The translations under genes and the position numbers were made by a program. Under the pieces are notes generated by a model. The model was given only the letters and a program-made list of their open reading frames with translations. It ran no database searches and was not told where the DNA came from. Positions 12,801 to 26,200 of a stretch of 64,000 nucleotides of DNA are shown piece by piece (positions within the stretch are counted from its first letter, which is position 1; each line of letters begins with the position of its first letter). Source of the DNA: Azolla caroliniana. Taxonomy: Eukaryota; Plantae; Polypodiophyta. The stretch spans positions 14,508,001 through 14,572,000 of the forward strand of contig JBHGNT010000003.1 of NCBI GenBank assembly GCA_043228905.1, in the 5' to 3' direction.

Positions 12801-13318
12801 CGATCCGGATCCGGATCGGTTCATATTAGTGTGCCGGTTGGCACTGTTTTGTAGAAGAGCCGGTGATCTATAAAAAGGCCCGATTACATTGTAAATGACG
12901 ACGGATAATTAATAAAGCTCTAATTTCTTATCTTTGTGTATTGATTCCCGTTCTGTGCTAATTACTTTCTATCTTAGACGTGTATTAAGATTAAGGATGT
13001 GTTGCTTAAGTAACCGATTAAGGTATGATCAATCATCGGTCTAACTCTGTTTCACCGTAACACCCTTTGGTGAAGTGTCTTCTGTAGACACCTTGTGTTA
13101 GGCTATTGTCCGACCCTAAGGAATAACACAGTTTTTGGCAACCACGATTCCTGCATAAGCGCCGCGAACAACAACGAGAATAGATGACTAGACCAACGAG
13201 CGGACCGGTTACGGATCGACCAAGGAGACTCGTTGAACGGCTGCGGAAGCGAGAGGCCTTCCAGCAAGCGGCGGAAGAAATTTGTTCGGATCAATCATTT
13301 TCCAAAGTGATCCAGTGA

Positions 13319-16300
13319 GTGACCGAGGAGTCACTTCGTTTGCAACAAGATTTCCACCCCGACGAAGGAAGCAGCTTGAGTAGTCTTTGGGAAACGAAAT
13401 CCCTATTGCAGGCATTAGCTGCAGGAGATGGCGATTCAGAACCATTTTCGGCCTTTGAATCGGACTTGGACGGCGAATATAGTGCTCATTCTAATTACCA
13501 CAGTAGTCACGACACGCCAGACGGACCGGCGGACGAGGAATCAGATACCTCACCGACATCGAAACCAGAATTGACAGAGCTGGAAGCCACAGATCGGCCA
13601 AGGACTGAGCAAACCCCAACACCCGAAGCAGAGGAAGAAAGACCTCCGACAGAGGAGGCGGAGAGACCTCCGACGGAGGAGGAAGAGAGACCTCCGACAC
13701 CACCAGCCTGCGTTCCAACACCGGACGATGACATGTCGTTTCAATATCCCAAGTACCGGGATGATCCGGACGCAGAGGCCCACGTCTATGCATTTCAACA
13801 AACCTGGGAAGCGAATCATGTGTCACAATGCTTAATCGCGGCCGAAGTAGAATGCTCCAAGATGGCGGAGTTCGGCATGACCCTAGAAGGGCCCACCGCC
13901 AGATGGCGCTTGACGCAAGATCCCAGTACCATCACGACGTTTGAGGCCTTGAAAACTAAAGAGGTGGATTAGCAGGAAATGGTCGGCCTATTTTATACCA
14001 TTAGGCAGGAGCCCAAGGAGAACATTCAACAATTTGTAATCCAATTCCAGAGAATGCACAACCAACTCAATGGGGCACCATTGGAGGAAGAAACCAAGAC
14101 GATATTCCTAGCAGCACTCCGGGAACCCCTACGAACGGTGTGCACAGTCATTGATTTCCGCACGAGTTCCGTCGACCAGGTCATAGACCAAGTCAGGGAA
14201 ATGGAAAACTCCAGCTCGTGGCTGACGATGGGGGCACTCCAACGAACGTTACCAATTGATGAAGACCTCCGGTTTCGACAAGCAATTCAATGTACGACTT
14301 GCCTGAATGTCGGACACTCGGCGCTGGAGTGCACCATGCGTTCTCAATGCCTACTTTGCCATTCCAGAAACCACACAATGGATCGGTGTGAGTATAACTT
14401 GTTGAATCGTCAAGCACCACCGGTCCGGCAAAACGAACCACGGAGCAACCAGGAGGAGGAAGAAGAGCACTGGCGGCGCGAGGAGCATTACAGGCCGACA
14501 CAAGATGTCTGGTATAGTGATCGAAGAAACGCTTATGACTGCGACCGGTATGATAGGTATGATAGATACCAGGACTATAATGGGGAACGGAATGAGCGAT
14601 ACAACCGGGATCACTCCCCCGGTTACAACCCCCAAAGGGAGGACTATGGCAAGTATGACGACCGGCTTCGACAGGATTTTCGGAACAAAAACCATTTCAA
14701 CAAAAAACGGCATTTCAATAAAAAAGGGGGTCACCAACGGGAGTCGGAACAGGGTAAATCAAGTAACCAACTGGACCAAGGCCAAGCACTTACAACAGGA
14801 CCTCAACCAGGGGCCGGGGCGAAAGCAGAATCCAGCAACCCCCGGAAGGCATACTGCTACTATTGCCGACAAGAGGGACACTACAGTAACCAATGTCTAG
14901 CGAAAACCTATGATAAGCGACTAGCGGTAAACATGGTGGTAGCGGAGGTCGCGGACATACAACAAGTGACCACGAGGGCAAAAGGAAAAGCAACGGAGTG
15001 GGAAACCCAAGAAGCCATCCGGAAGTAGGCCACCGAATGGGTAAAGAAGGCAAATGAGCAGAACGCGGTAGAACTAGAACAACAAAAGGAGAATCTAGAG
15101 GAGCCAACTAGCAATAGCCAAGCGGAAAACCCAACATGGCAGGCGTTGCAAGAATGCCAAATCACGCTGCCATTAGGTCGGCTATTGCAGTTAGTACCTC
15201 GGTTTACGGAAGGACTGAAGACGGGAATGACTGCGGTCGGCATGCCACCGGCTCCGACATTCTTTTCTAATCCGGAGGAAGGACCGACGGTAGTGGACAC
15301 GAGCAGTTCGGCTATCACAACCATCGTCAAGGGATGAGAGCTACTCGGAACAATTAGAGACGAAGGATCCGGCGTGAATGTGATTAGCCTCTGAACATGT
15401 ATTACCCTGGGAATCTAGGACTGGGAGCCGTGCCCGTTTTGGTTCCGAATGGCGGGCACAAGTTCAGTAAGACCTACTGGATTGATACGAGATTTGGAAG
15501 TGACTACTATCAGAGGTCACGCATTCCACTTTTCAGCAGTAGTCCTCCAACTCAATGCACAAGGGGCATACCCACTGTTGCTGGGCCGACCATGGTTAAA
15601 AACATCGCACATCAAGCAAAACTGGCGGAAAAACATAATCACTTTCTGGCGTGGCAAAGCGAAAGTACGAGTACATACACAACCACGTTCAAGTACCAGC
15701 AAGGAGTTGACACCGCTATATGCGGAATGTGTCAACATGCTTGAAGGATTGGCTGATGAAGAGGTTGATCAGTACTTACAGGAGAATCCAAAAATTGTAC
15801 CCTTATTTGAAGTTGATGTCGCCGAAGCAGTGGCACCATATATAATACAACCGGAGGATGCCGATAAAGAACCGGATAAAGAAGCCATCAGAGAGTTACG
15901 ACACGCACAGGAAGCTTTGGAGAAGGAATTGGTAGTATCCCAATGCGTAAAAGCCTCTCAGCTGGAAGAGGTAAACCTAGGCACCGCAGAAGACGCAAGA
16001 CCGGTTCACATTGCCAAAGAAATGACTCCCGAAAGGAAGACAAATATGATCACCTTATTAAAGGAGTTTCGGGACGTGTTTGCGTGGTCTTATGAGGACA
16101 TGCGGGGGCTGGATCCTCAGTTGTATCAACACCAGATACATCTGAGTAAGGATGCCAAGCCGGTGGCGCAACGGCGCTACCGGATGAACCCTAACTATGC
16201 AGCCAAAGTAAAGGACGAAATCGACAAATTGTTACGGGTAGGGTTCATCCGACCAGTCAAAAAGGCGACATGGCTGAGCTCGATAGTTGTCATACCGAAA

Positions 16301-18796
16301 AAGAATGGAAAAATCTGGGTATGTGTTGACTACGGGAAATTGAATGCGGCAACGGTAACCGATGCCTTCCCACTCCCTTTTACGGATTGAGTCCTGGATG
16401 TCGTAGCTGGTCACGAAGTTTATAGTTTCCTAGACGGGTTCAGCGGCTACAATCAGATCTGGATGCACCCCGTTGACCAGGAGAAAACCGCTTTTGTTAC
16501 CGAATGGGGAGTATTTGTCGCTGTAGTCATGATGTTCGGACTTAAAACGGTGTCGGCAACCTTTCAGCGAATAATCATGGAGATTTTCGGAGAATTTATT
16601 CCAGCATTCATGCAGGTGTTCCTAGACGATTTCGCCGTGGACAACCAGGAAGGGGAACACCTCCAATACCTCCGATTATGTCTTGAGAAATGTAGGGTTT
16701 ACTGGTTAAGCCTTAACTCGGCGAAATGCGTGTTCGGTGTGTCAAGCGGTGCATTACTAGGCCACATCATTAGCAAGGACGGTATTGCAGTAGACCCGGA
16801 CAAGGTCAAAGCAATTTTGGAGGCACCGACACCCACCACGGCGAAAGCATTGAGTCGGTTCCTAGGACAAATCCGGTGGCATAGCCGGATGCTCTGGTAT
16901 CTAGCAGACCTGGCCACACCATTGCATGCTGTGGTACACCGGACACCGTTTCAATGGATGGACATAGCAATAGGGAGTGCATTAATGCAGTTTACCGAAC
17001 CCAAGTGGTACTGGCCCGTGTATTATGCTAGCCAGAAGCTGTCCCAGGCGGAACGTAATTACTGTACGATGGAAAGAGAAGCCTTGGGCATGATCTATAG
17101 CGTCACCAAGTTCCGACACTATCTATTGGGGAGGAAATTTTCCTTTCATGTAGATCATTCAGCGCTACTTTACTTGGTCTCGAAAGCATCACTCACGGGT
17201 AAGCTGGCCTGGTGGACGCTATTATTACAGGAATTTGAGTTCGAGATATTTCACCGGCCAGGTATACAACATGCGGTTGTAGATTATTTGAGCCGGTTAG
17301 ACTCCGGAGAAACCAATGACAGAGTCGCAGACAAATTTCTGGACGCAGACTTGTTTAGGGTCACAGCCGAAACGACAACAGATGGTACGATCGCCGAGGA
17401 GGACAAGTGGCTCACTAACATGCACCAATTCCTGAGCACTGGATTACCTCCAGAGGAGATGAACAGAGACGAGCCGAAAAGATTAGCAGTACAAAGCCAA
17501 CACTTCTGCCTACTACAAGATACCCTGTACCATAAAGGAGCGGATGGCATATGGCGGCGCACGGTGCGTAGTGACGAAAAAGACCAAATACTGCGCAAAG
17601 CACACTGCGGCGTTGCCGGAGGGCATTATGTTGGGGACGCTATGGCAAGGAAAATATGGCAGAGTGGCCTATGGTGGCCAACAACATTAAAAGACGTCAT
17701 CCGGTATGCTAAAGAATGCGATTTGTGTTAGCGGATGGGCCAACCAACGGAACAGGCAAGAATGCCTAACTAGCCGGTGCTGCCATTGGAACCATTTCAG
17801 AAATGGGGGTTGGACTTTGTCGGCCCATTTAAACCACCGGCAATGAGAACTGGTAACTGGTACGTGATTGTCGCTACGGACTACTGCACCAAGTGGGTAG
17901 AGGCCAAAGCACTACGTGACAACACCGCGGCATCCACGACAAAGTTTTTATATGAATATATATGGTGCCAGTATGGATGTCCGATCGAGCTAATCAACAA
18001 TCAAGGTGGGCATTTCCTAGGACAAGTGGTGGAAAGCTTGACAACATTCTATGTGGTGGTGCACAAGTGAAGCACTCCGTATTATACGCAAGCCAACGGA
18101 TTAGCCGAGTCCACAAATAAGACACTACAAAACATCCTCCGGAACATCGTCAATGAGAACCGGACGGATTGGGATACAAAGTTGCACAATGCACTCTGGG
18201 CCTACCGGACAACATATAAGACAAGTATCCGGACAACGCCTTTCCAATTGGCATTCGGATTGGAAGCAATAATGCCGATCGAATTCCAGGTTCCCAGTTT
18301 GCGGTTACAGGTTAGGGAACGCCTGAACGAGAAAGAGTCGGAAACAATCCGGCTAGCAGCACTATGCGAACTGGAGGAACACCGGATAGCCAGCCTGATG
18401 CACATGGAACTGGAGCAACGGAGAAGGAAAGCGTTTGTCGATCGACACCGGAAAGGTAACGAAAAAAGGTTCGGGATCGACAAGCCAGTACTTGTATTCC
18501 AGACCCGGATGGGTAAGATGCCGGGGAAGCTACGGATTCGGTGGACCGGATCATATTGGATTACACAAGAGTTCAACGGTTCTTACCAGCTAGGGACACT
18601 CTCCGACGAAGTTATGGGTAAATGGGTCAATGGGTTTCGACTCAAACCATACTATGGACCCATGCCAAGGAACCCGTTTGAGCAGACAAAGGCTAACACC
18701 GCACCGGACACTGGTAAGCACGACGAGACGATAACCGGTCATGCAATCGGCAAGCACAATCCGGAGAAGGGTTCGTTTGGGCTGGATACATATTAA
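13319..18796 (+). pseudogene. Athila-like gag-pol (gag with zinc knuckles, protease, RT, RNase H, integrase), disrupted
   Basis: CYYCRQEGH knuckle; RT motifs FLDGFSGYNQI, MMFGL, VFLDDF; RNase H EREALG and HVDH; integrase HCG..GGH..C..C and WGLDFVGPF. Several stop codons, and an apparent deletion between FQW and DIAIG that removes the RNase H DAS motif. Confidence 0.92.
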
Positions 18797-19177
18797 AAAG
18801 ATCGATTTTCTTAAAAAAAATAAAATAAATAAAATCGAATCAAACCCAAACTGTGCGATGGCGAGGAGCAAACGGCCACATACAATGAAAAGGAGGGGTG
18901 AACGAGCACTATGAAAAGCCAAGTAGTGGGCTATTTATAGCGCATTAAAACGCCGCCACGTGGCACTTCATTACCATTATAGTACACGATGTGCGCATGT
19001 GCAAGAATCGAGAAAGGCGCGAACATGCAGAAAGAAAACCTACCCCGCATGGAGGCCTTCTCATTTCGGGAACCGAGAATTGCAAACTCACACAGGCGAT
19101 TGAAGATAATCAGACGCAAGCACCCAAAGCTCCCTAACACACCTCCCTCACCAGCAACTACCGACTCAGAAGGAGAA

Positions 19178-22073
19178 ATGGACTGCATGACGCTCTCTAA
19201 GGCAACCAAGAAGTGGTTAAAGCAACATGGACTGGAAGGATTCTTGAGGATCATGGAGGCACCACCACACAAAGAGGCGGAAAGGGTTCTTAGAGCCATC
19301 GACACAGAAGTAATCATGGAGGAGGCCATCCGTGCCCTAACGGGCCTACCTGAGGGTGGCATCTTCACCATCGACAACCCTACCCCGGAGCAGCTCACGA
19401 AATACTTCGGTGAGTATTCTTTGGCCAGCAAGGCAAATCGCACACAGGGTGGCGAGGATGGCTTATTTCGAGAGATTGCTCGTGTACTGCACGAGTATGG
19501 CCATGTGTACCCTCAACCCCTGACAATGCCTAGGAACAGAGTCGGGTAAATTATCGCCACATATGAAGGTCTATAGGTGGACTGGTCGGTCTTGATCGCC
19601 GACGGACTGCGCGCAACCATCGACTCGGTAAGAGGGAAGGATGGAAGGAAAATATGGTCGGCGATGGTGCAATGGCTCACATTGTTAGCACCACCAGTGG
19701 AGCGCAACATGACAAAGAAACGGGGAAGATCAGCCGAAGGAACCTCCAAACAGGCTTCAAAATGGCAACAGCTATTGGATGCTAAGGCAACAAAGGGGAA
19801 GGAGGCCGACATTGAGAAAACGGCGAACGAGCGGCCTAACCAGGCGGAGACGCAGGAGGCAACACCGACACGGACAATAAAAATTACATTTCGCCGACCG
19901 GGTTAACAGGAACCAGATCCCTTGGCCATGAAAATCAATCTTGGGACTAAGGAGGAGGAAACCGCGGAGGAGCCCAGCGAGCACCTCTAGCGGCGCCAAA
20001 AGAAGAGCACTGCAAACCATGTTGGGCAGCAATCGGGTCCAGAAAAGGATAGGACGCCGATACCCCTCACTGAGGGCCCAGAGCCAAGGGTGGAAGCAGA
20101 ACCGGTCACAGAAGTCCCTGCGCCGCAGGCTCCGCTGACGGGTCAGAGCATGACTAGATCCATGATTCAGGAGCCGGTGATTTAGTTGGCTACATCACTG
20201 GCACACCAGGACCAACCAGAGTTGGAACAGCTGACTGCGGCACAACCAGAGCCGGTACTGCCAAGTGGTACCCAACCAGAGCTAGAGTTGCCAACTAGAC
20301 AAGATCAGACACTAGCAAGCGTAGAAATCGGCCAACCCTCTGCGCAGACATAGCCACAAGGCACCGACAGCCAATGACTGCGGTGGATCGATGAGAAAAT
20401 AGCCGGAGTGGTCCATTATATGGAGGCAGAGGAGAAAGCACGAGTGGACCGGTTACTAGCCACAACTGGAGAACTAGAGAAGGCCCGGTCAAGGATCTGG
20501 AGCTTGGAACAAGAAGTGGAAATAGCTAAGGAAGAATTGGCTAAGAAGGTCATCACAAGACCCCAGGAACAGGAACCGGTGGCTCCGGCACATGTACAGT
20601 ATAATGAAACACCGACAACTATACATAATAATACGACCCCGGTGCCGGGAACAAACCCGGATATAATTACAGTGCAAGCACAAGAGCTTGCCGTTCTCAA
20701 AGAAGACCTGGCCGCACCGGAAGCATTATGGGCCAGGGAAAGAGAATTAAAAATGGCGGCGGTGGAGGAACAACGGAAGACTGTTGACAATCTCCGAAGA
20801 GCAGAAGAAAGTCTGCGGAAGGGACACCAAGCCTATGATCGGCTTAAGGAAGAGAAAGAAAAAGTGCTGCAAGAGAAGGATAAACTCCGAAGGATGGTGG
20901 AAACGGAGATCGAGAGACTCAAAGAAGAGCTTCGGCAACAAAAGGATAGGGAAGATCGAGCTCACCGCCAGATCAATCAGAAGCTGAAGCAGAAAACAGA
21001 AGAGTTTGACCGCCTGCACCAGGATTATAAACATGTCGAGTCGAAATACAAGAAGCTCATCACCGACAACGATCGATAGCAGGAGAAGATGTTCGAGCTC
21101 CGGAATGAAGTGCAACGAGCAGAGACGGCACTAGCGGAAGAACGGGCGGAGAAGGAAACCATACGAGCTGAAGCGGCGCAGGAACGCATGGAACTCCAGA
21201 TGCAACATTAGGTGGAAACGGAACGCGCTACCATGGTCTTACAAAGAGTGCAGACAATGTATCAGAATCAACTGGTGCGCTACAAGGACCAGGAGGTGGT
21301 GACAACGAACCTGATCAAACAATTGAAAGATGACAGGCATGCCACTGAAGACAAATCAAAGATGGGGCTGGAGCGGATCCGGTGCATTGTGCATGCATGG
21401 AAGAATCGAACGAAGCGTTTGATTGAAGACAACTCAGTATTATGGTGGTCAAAATGGGCGAATCATGTTGCCGAGCTACAATTGCTAAGGGTGGACGCGG
21501 AAAACCGGCAAAAAGAAGGCGATGAGTTCTATAAGCTAGATAAGGAAGACTTTACTGCCGTGAAAGATGAATTGGCAGAGGACTTCATAGCGTTGGCTGA
21601 TGAACAGTTAACGGTGGTCCGGGAACTAGTGGCACAACTGGACGATGATCGGCTGGATAACCAAATCCTGTTTGAAAGTTATGAAAAGGAGAGGCTATGG
21701 CAAGAGATGACGAAGAGCACGGCAACCATCAATCTCAGTGATGAAGAGCCATCGTCGGAGCAAGGGACGGACAGAGCCAAGGCCGGGACAATGCAACCGG
21801 ATGTAACTCAGGAGGAGCAGCCAAGGGAGGAAGAGCCGCAACAACCACCAAGACCGAGAGCGGCGCAACGGCCATCGGAGGAGCAACGCCTAGAAGAGTC
21901 GGAGACCGCGCATCAGCAGGAATCCCAGCAACAGCTAACGGAGCAACAACCAGAGCAACGGTCACAGCTACAGGAGGAGCAACAACCGTAGGAGTAGCAA
22001 CAGTCCGATCAGCCTTCTGAAGAACCCTTAGAGCCCCTCGATCAGAGCATTCTGGACATTTTAGATGAGGATA
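19178..22073 (+). pseudogene. Extra ORF downstream of integrase (N-terminal globular region, long coiled coil, Q/E-rich tail), with premature stops
   Basis: Segments 18989-19549, 19577-19906, 20408-21079 and 21212-21991 lie between pol and the 3' LTR. A homolog is conserved at 257-1020 and probably at ~59450-59837. Confidence 0.75.
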
Positions 22074-22085
22074 GAAGGCCATATA

Positions 22086-22126
22086 GTGGGATTCGACATA
22101 CAAGGTACTATCCCACAGGCGTGCCA
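22086..22126 (+). other. Split tRNA-Arg-like T-arm and 3'-CCA sequence occupying the PPT position
   Basis: GTGGGATTCGA-[13 nt]-ATCCCACAGGCGTGCCA-TG-|LTR; no purine tract is present. Confidence 0.75.
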
Positions 22127-23299
22127 TGTGTTAGCCAGCCGGCAAGGAGTGGAGGACAGTCCAGAATATGAAAGGGTAGGAATAATCGGAAGCTGTTATT
22201 AGGATATTAAGTAATTAAGTAAATTTTAGAGAAGTGAACGAACGGATCGGAATCGATATGCCGATTCGGATCTGGACCAGTTCATATTAGTGTGCCGGTT
22301 GGCACCGTTTTGTAGAAGAGCTGGTGATCTATAAAAAGGCCTGGTTACATTGTAAATGACGACGGATAATTAATAAAGCTCTAATTTCTTATCTCTGTGT
22401 ATTGATTACTGTTTTGTGCTAATTACTTTCTATCTTACGCGTGTATTAAGATTAAGGATGTGTTGCTTAAGTAACCGATTAAGGTCTGATCAATCGTTGA
22501 TCTAACTCTGTTTCACCGTAACACCCTTTGGTGAAGTGTCTTCTGTAGACACCTTGTGTTAGGCTATTGTCCGGCCCTAAGGAATAACAGTTACAACAGA
22601 GTACCTCTTTGTATCTCACACTCTCTCTCTTTGTCGCGCTCTATGAAACAATTACCACAACAATGATCATCATTTTTTTTTTCATCATAGTGATTGCCCT
22701 AAGTCATATTTATACTTATATGAACTTGGGGCTATTTACAAATATAGCCTGAATAGGCTTACTTAAAACATATTTACAGATATGTCTTCTCTTTCGGTTC
22801 TCACTGACTATCTCTTCCGTTTCTCACTGGGTCCTCTATATTCATCACCGGATCCGATTCGGAGAGACCGATTTCCCAACAATCTCCCCCTTCACTCCGA
22901 CATGGGATATCTTGTTAGCCGATCCGCTTTCAGCACGTGTCCATCTTGTCGGTTGTCAGGACCTTGGTCAACATGTCCGACCTGTGCTCCTCCGTGTGGA
23001 TCTTCGTCATCACGAGCTCTTGATCTTCTACTCTCTCCCGGATCCAGTGGTACCTCACTGGATATGTTTCGTCCGGGAATGGTAGGCCGCGTTCTTTGCA
23101 AGGTGGATGACACTTTGACTATCGCAGTAGAGCCGGTATTCCTCTTGTTGGATCCCTAGCTCTCCGATGAAGTCCTTCATCTAGATTATCTCCTTGCCGG
23201 CTTCTACAACTGCCATGTACTCCGCCTCCGTGGTTGACAACACAACCGTCGTCTGCAGCCTAGACTGCCATGATACAATTCCCCCTACATAAGTCATTA

Positions 23300-26200
23300 T
23301 GTTACGGGCATGACCATATAATATCCTGTGGTGAGAATTTACCGTAGTATTCTATACACGTGGATAAGTGTGAGGGTTAAACGAGAGTGTAAAGAAGGGG
23401 AGGATTACTTTTAATCCTCGGGATTGAGACAACCCATTAGGCCAAGTGTGAACTTGCTTGGGGGCCTTGGGTATCACTATAAATAAGAGGCCTAGCTACC
23501 CTCATTTCATCATCTTTTGACTCTGTCGATTCTCTGTTCTTGTGGTGGGTCAACTCTTGTAGTGACCGCGCCAACACCAGGTACGACTCGACGCCACGAC
23601 GGTGGTATGGGACGCCGATCGAGGCTCGAGTCCGTCTCGATCCCTTCGCTCGGGGTGGTCGGGTGGATCGGCACCCTTCTTTCTCTCTCTCCTTTCTATC
23701 TAGATCTATCTTTTATCCTTATTTTATGCTTACATTAGTTCATGTCTCTAACAGTTGGTATCAGAGCCTATGTTCTAATGTTTCTTTTGTTGTCTTTTGT
23801 CTTGTTGATTGATGGTGATCGATCGATGTGCGGTCGGCCTTGATCCAGACAATGATCAACAAAGAACTTCGGCAACTCTTTCCTTCTTCTTTTTTTCTAT
23901 TTTTTCTTCTCCCATCTAATCATGTGTATAGTCTATATGTAATTGTTTTCATTAATTTAATGATGTTGTAGTGGTAATTAATTGGTTGTATAAAACGTTT
24001 ACATATGTGTATGAGGTTTAGTGTCGTATGCGCACGAGGTTAATACCTCAACTGCATATTACTCTCACATACATATGTTACGTATGCATATGAGGTCAAT
24101 ACCTCGATTTCGTTGTAAATGATATGCATTTGGTCTTGTATGCGTAAGAGGTCAATACCTCAATTGCGTATTATGATGAACCCTTATTTTTGGATGTTTC
24201 GTTTGTGTAGAGGTATATGCTTCGATTACGTATCTCGATTATATCATTTATGGCTATTTGATGTAACGATTTGTTTAATATACGCATATGTGGTCACGTG
24301 TATACGTATTGGATAGTATATATGTGATAATATACATATGTGTATATAAGTTATTACGTGATTTTAATATCAAATGTTTTCCTTTTCGGGGAAAGGATCT
24401 TGGTGGCCGTCCTCACATTTTTGTGAGAATGGCATTGTCACCATCCCTTTTTTCAACAATTTTTTATTGTTGACATTCCTGTTGGTGACTTCGATTTTAT
24501 TACGTAAAGAAATGCCTATAGCCACAATGATGTTGAGAACGTAGGGCTTGACCCACTGCATGGGAGGTTGCTGCTATGACACACATAGCCAACATCCCTC
24601 CCTCGTTACATGGATACGATGCCACCATGAGATCATTCTTACGAGAGGCATTTGTAATGACGTAACCATGTGATGGGCCACGTGGGCCTACTATGAAAAA
24701 AGGGCTCATTTGGCTTGACCATTAGGTTGCGCTTTGGCGTATGCCATCATAATTACGAGACTTGAGGTTAGGTAACGTACCAACATATTTTGTAGTAAAC
24801 GAGGGGCAAATAAGGACTCTTGACTTATATGTTTCTTTTAAAAAAACATATATGGGCAAATGCCTTGCATATCTCTTATACCATTAATCAATCAAGAAGA
24901 GCAACCTACTTTGTTGGCTCAAGTGTTTAATGCATTTGTTCTCGAGGTCTCGAGTTCAAATATAACAAAGACCATACAACATCATTGATACATATGACAA
25001 TAACACATGTTTAGACTTGAGGTCTAAGTGCACTTCGGGGTCCTCGTAATAGTACTTAAAGAATCGAAACATAGTTTATTGTTAACATTTTTTCGTGTAT
25101 AAACTATTCATGACGCGAACATACATGGTTGAGCCTCAGGGAGCCTCCATGAAAAAAATCTATATAGAGATTAGGGAAAGACATTTATTTGTCACCCCCA
25201 TGGTTTTTAAAACACCTTTGTGTTACCATAGTAACCTGATCTTGAACCTCATCTCATACGTCTAGAGGGGTATTGACGTGAGATCATGATATCGATTAAT
25301 GTTTGCCCATGATATCTTTGCATCACGACATGATGTTATGACTATTTGTCTGAGCTTATCCTATTTCTTTGCCAAAAATAATCATTCAATGGCTCAAAAT
25401 AACGACCCGATGTCATCCGCTCAAGCAGAAGGAAGTCAAGGAAATCCTCCTGGACAAATGTCCATTGAGATGTATTTCTCGCAAATAACCCAATACCTTA
25501 GTTTCATCATTCAACAGATGACCGAACTTCAGCAATCTCAAAGTGCTCTCGAGGCACGTGTCATTAGTTTACAACGTGAGACTAATAGACCTGATGAGCG
25601 ACAAGGTGAACCATCGTTTGTCATTAAGCCATTTATGGGAGAAAAAAAGGAAAGAATCGAAGAAGCAATCTGCACGTGGCTGGGCCGATGGGAGTCTCAT
25701 TTTGAGCTCTATCCCACGCTAGATAGTACGAAGATTGCATATGTCGACTGAGAACTAGGGGGTAAGGTCGCCGCTTGGTGGCGTGGGCTCCGAACTTTGG
25801 GGAAATTGCCCGATACCTGGACAGATTTTGTCATAGTTTTTAAGGGCCAATTTTTGCAACCTCCCTCTCGAATCGAGGCAGCTCAAGCTTTAATGAACCT
25901 CTCTAGAGGAAATTTTCTTCGCTAGAAGACTATGTCCACCATGCTAGAACCCAAATCCAAAAATCAGGTCTAGAAGGGGACAATTGGTTAATAGCTTGTT
26001 TTGTCAATGGCATCCCCAATTCGGACTGTCACTAAATAGTGCACGATAAGGATCCAAAATCCTTCGAAGAGGCCGTTGAAATAGTTCTTCACTATCAACA
26101 CACTTCGAAGAACCACAACAAACCCAACGAAGCGCCCAGGACTAAGTAGTCGCAAGCTGGGAAACACAAGACACCCAACGAATTCATGGATCGTGATTGT

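Larger units (their letters stand above)
12668..22589 (+). mobile_element. Full-length non-chromovirus (Athila-like) Ty3/gypsy with an extra 3' ORF, inserted in the copia 3' LTR
   Basis: 461-bp LTRs at 12668-13128 and 22129-22589 (TGTTAG...ATAACA); TSD GTTAC at 12663-12667 and 22590-22594. Confidence 0.95.

Noticed and set aside
13491-22127. Numerous antisense ORFs within the Athila-like element
   Set aside because: Shadows of the sense coding frames with no independent motifs.
22070-22170. Extra ORF reading through the tRNA-like site into the 3' LTR (RYYPTGVPCVSQ...)
   Set aside because: The homolog at ~300-310 has a stop directly after DILYEE, so the read-through is probably a 1-nt indel in this copy and the site is non-coding.
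12668-22589. Idea that the element is simply inverted, with the PBS at 22110-22126 and a PPT beside the left LTR
   Set aside because: The reverse complement next to the left LTR (GTGGTTGCCAAAAACTG) is not a purine tract, and the LTR TATA (TATAAAA ~12869) and all ORFs are on the plus strand. Not excluded experimentally.
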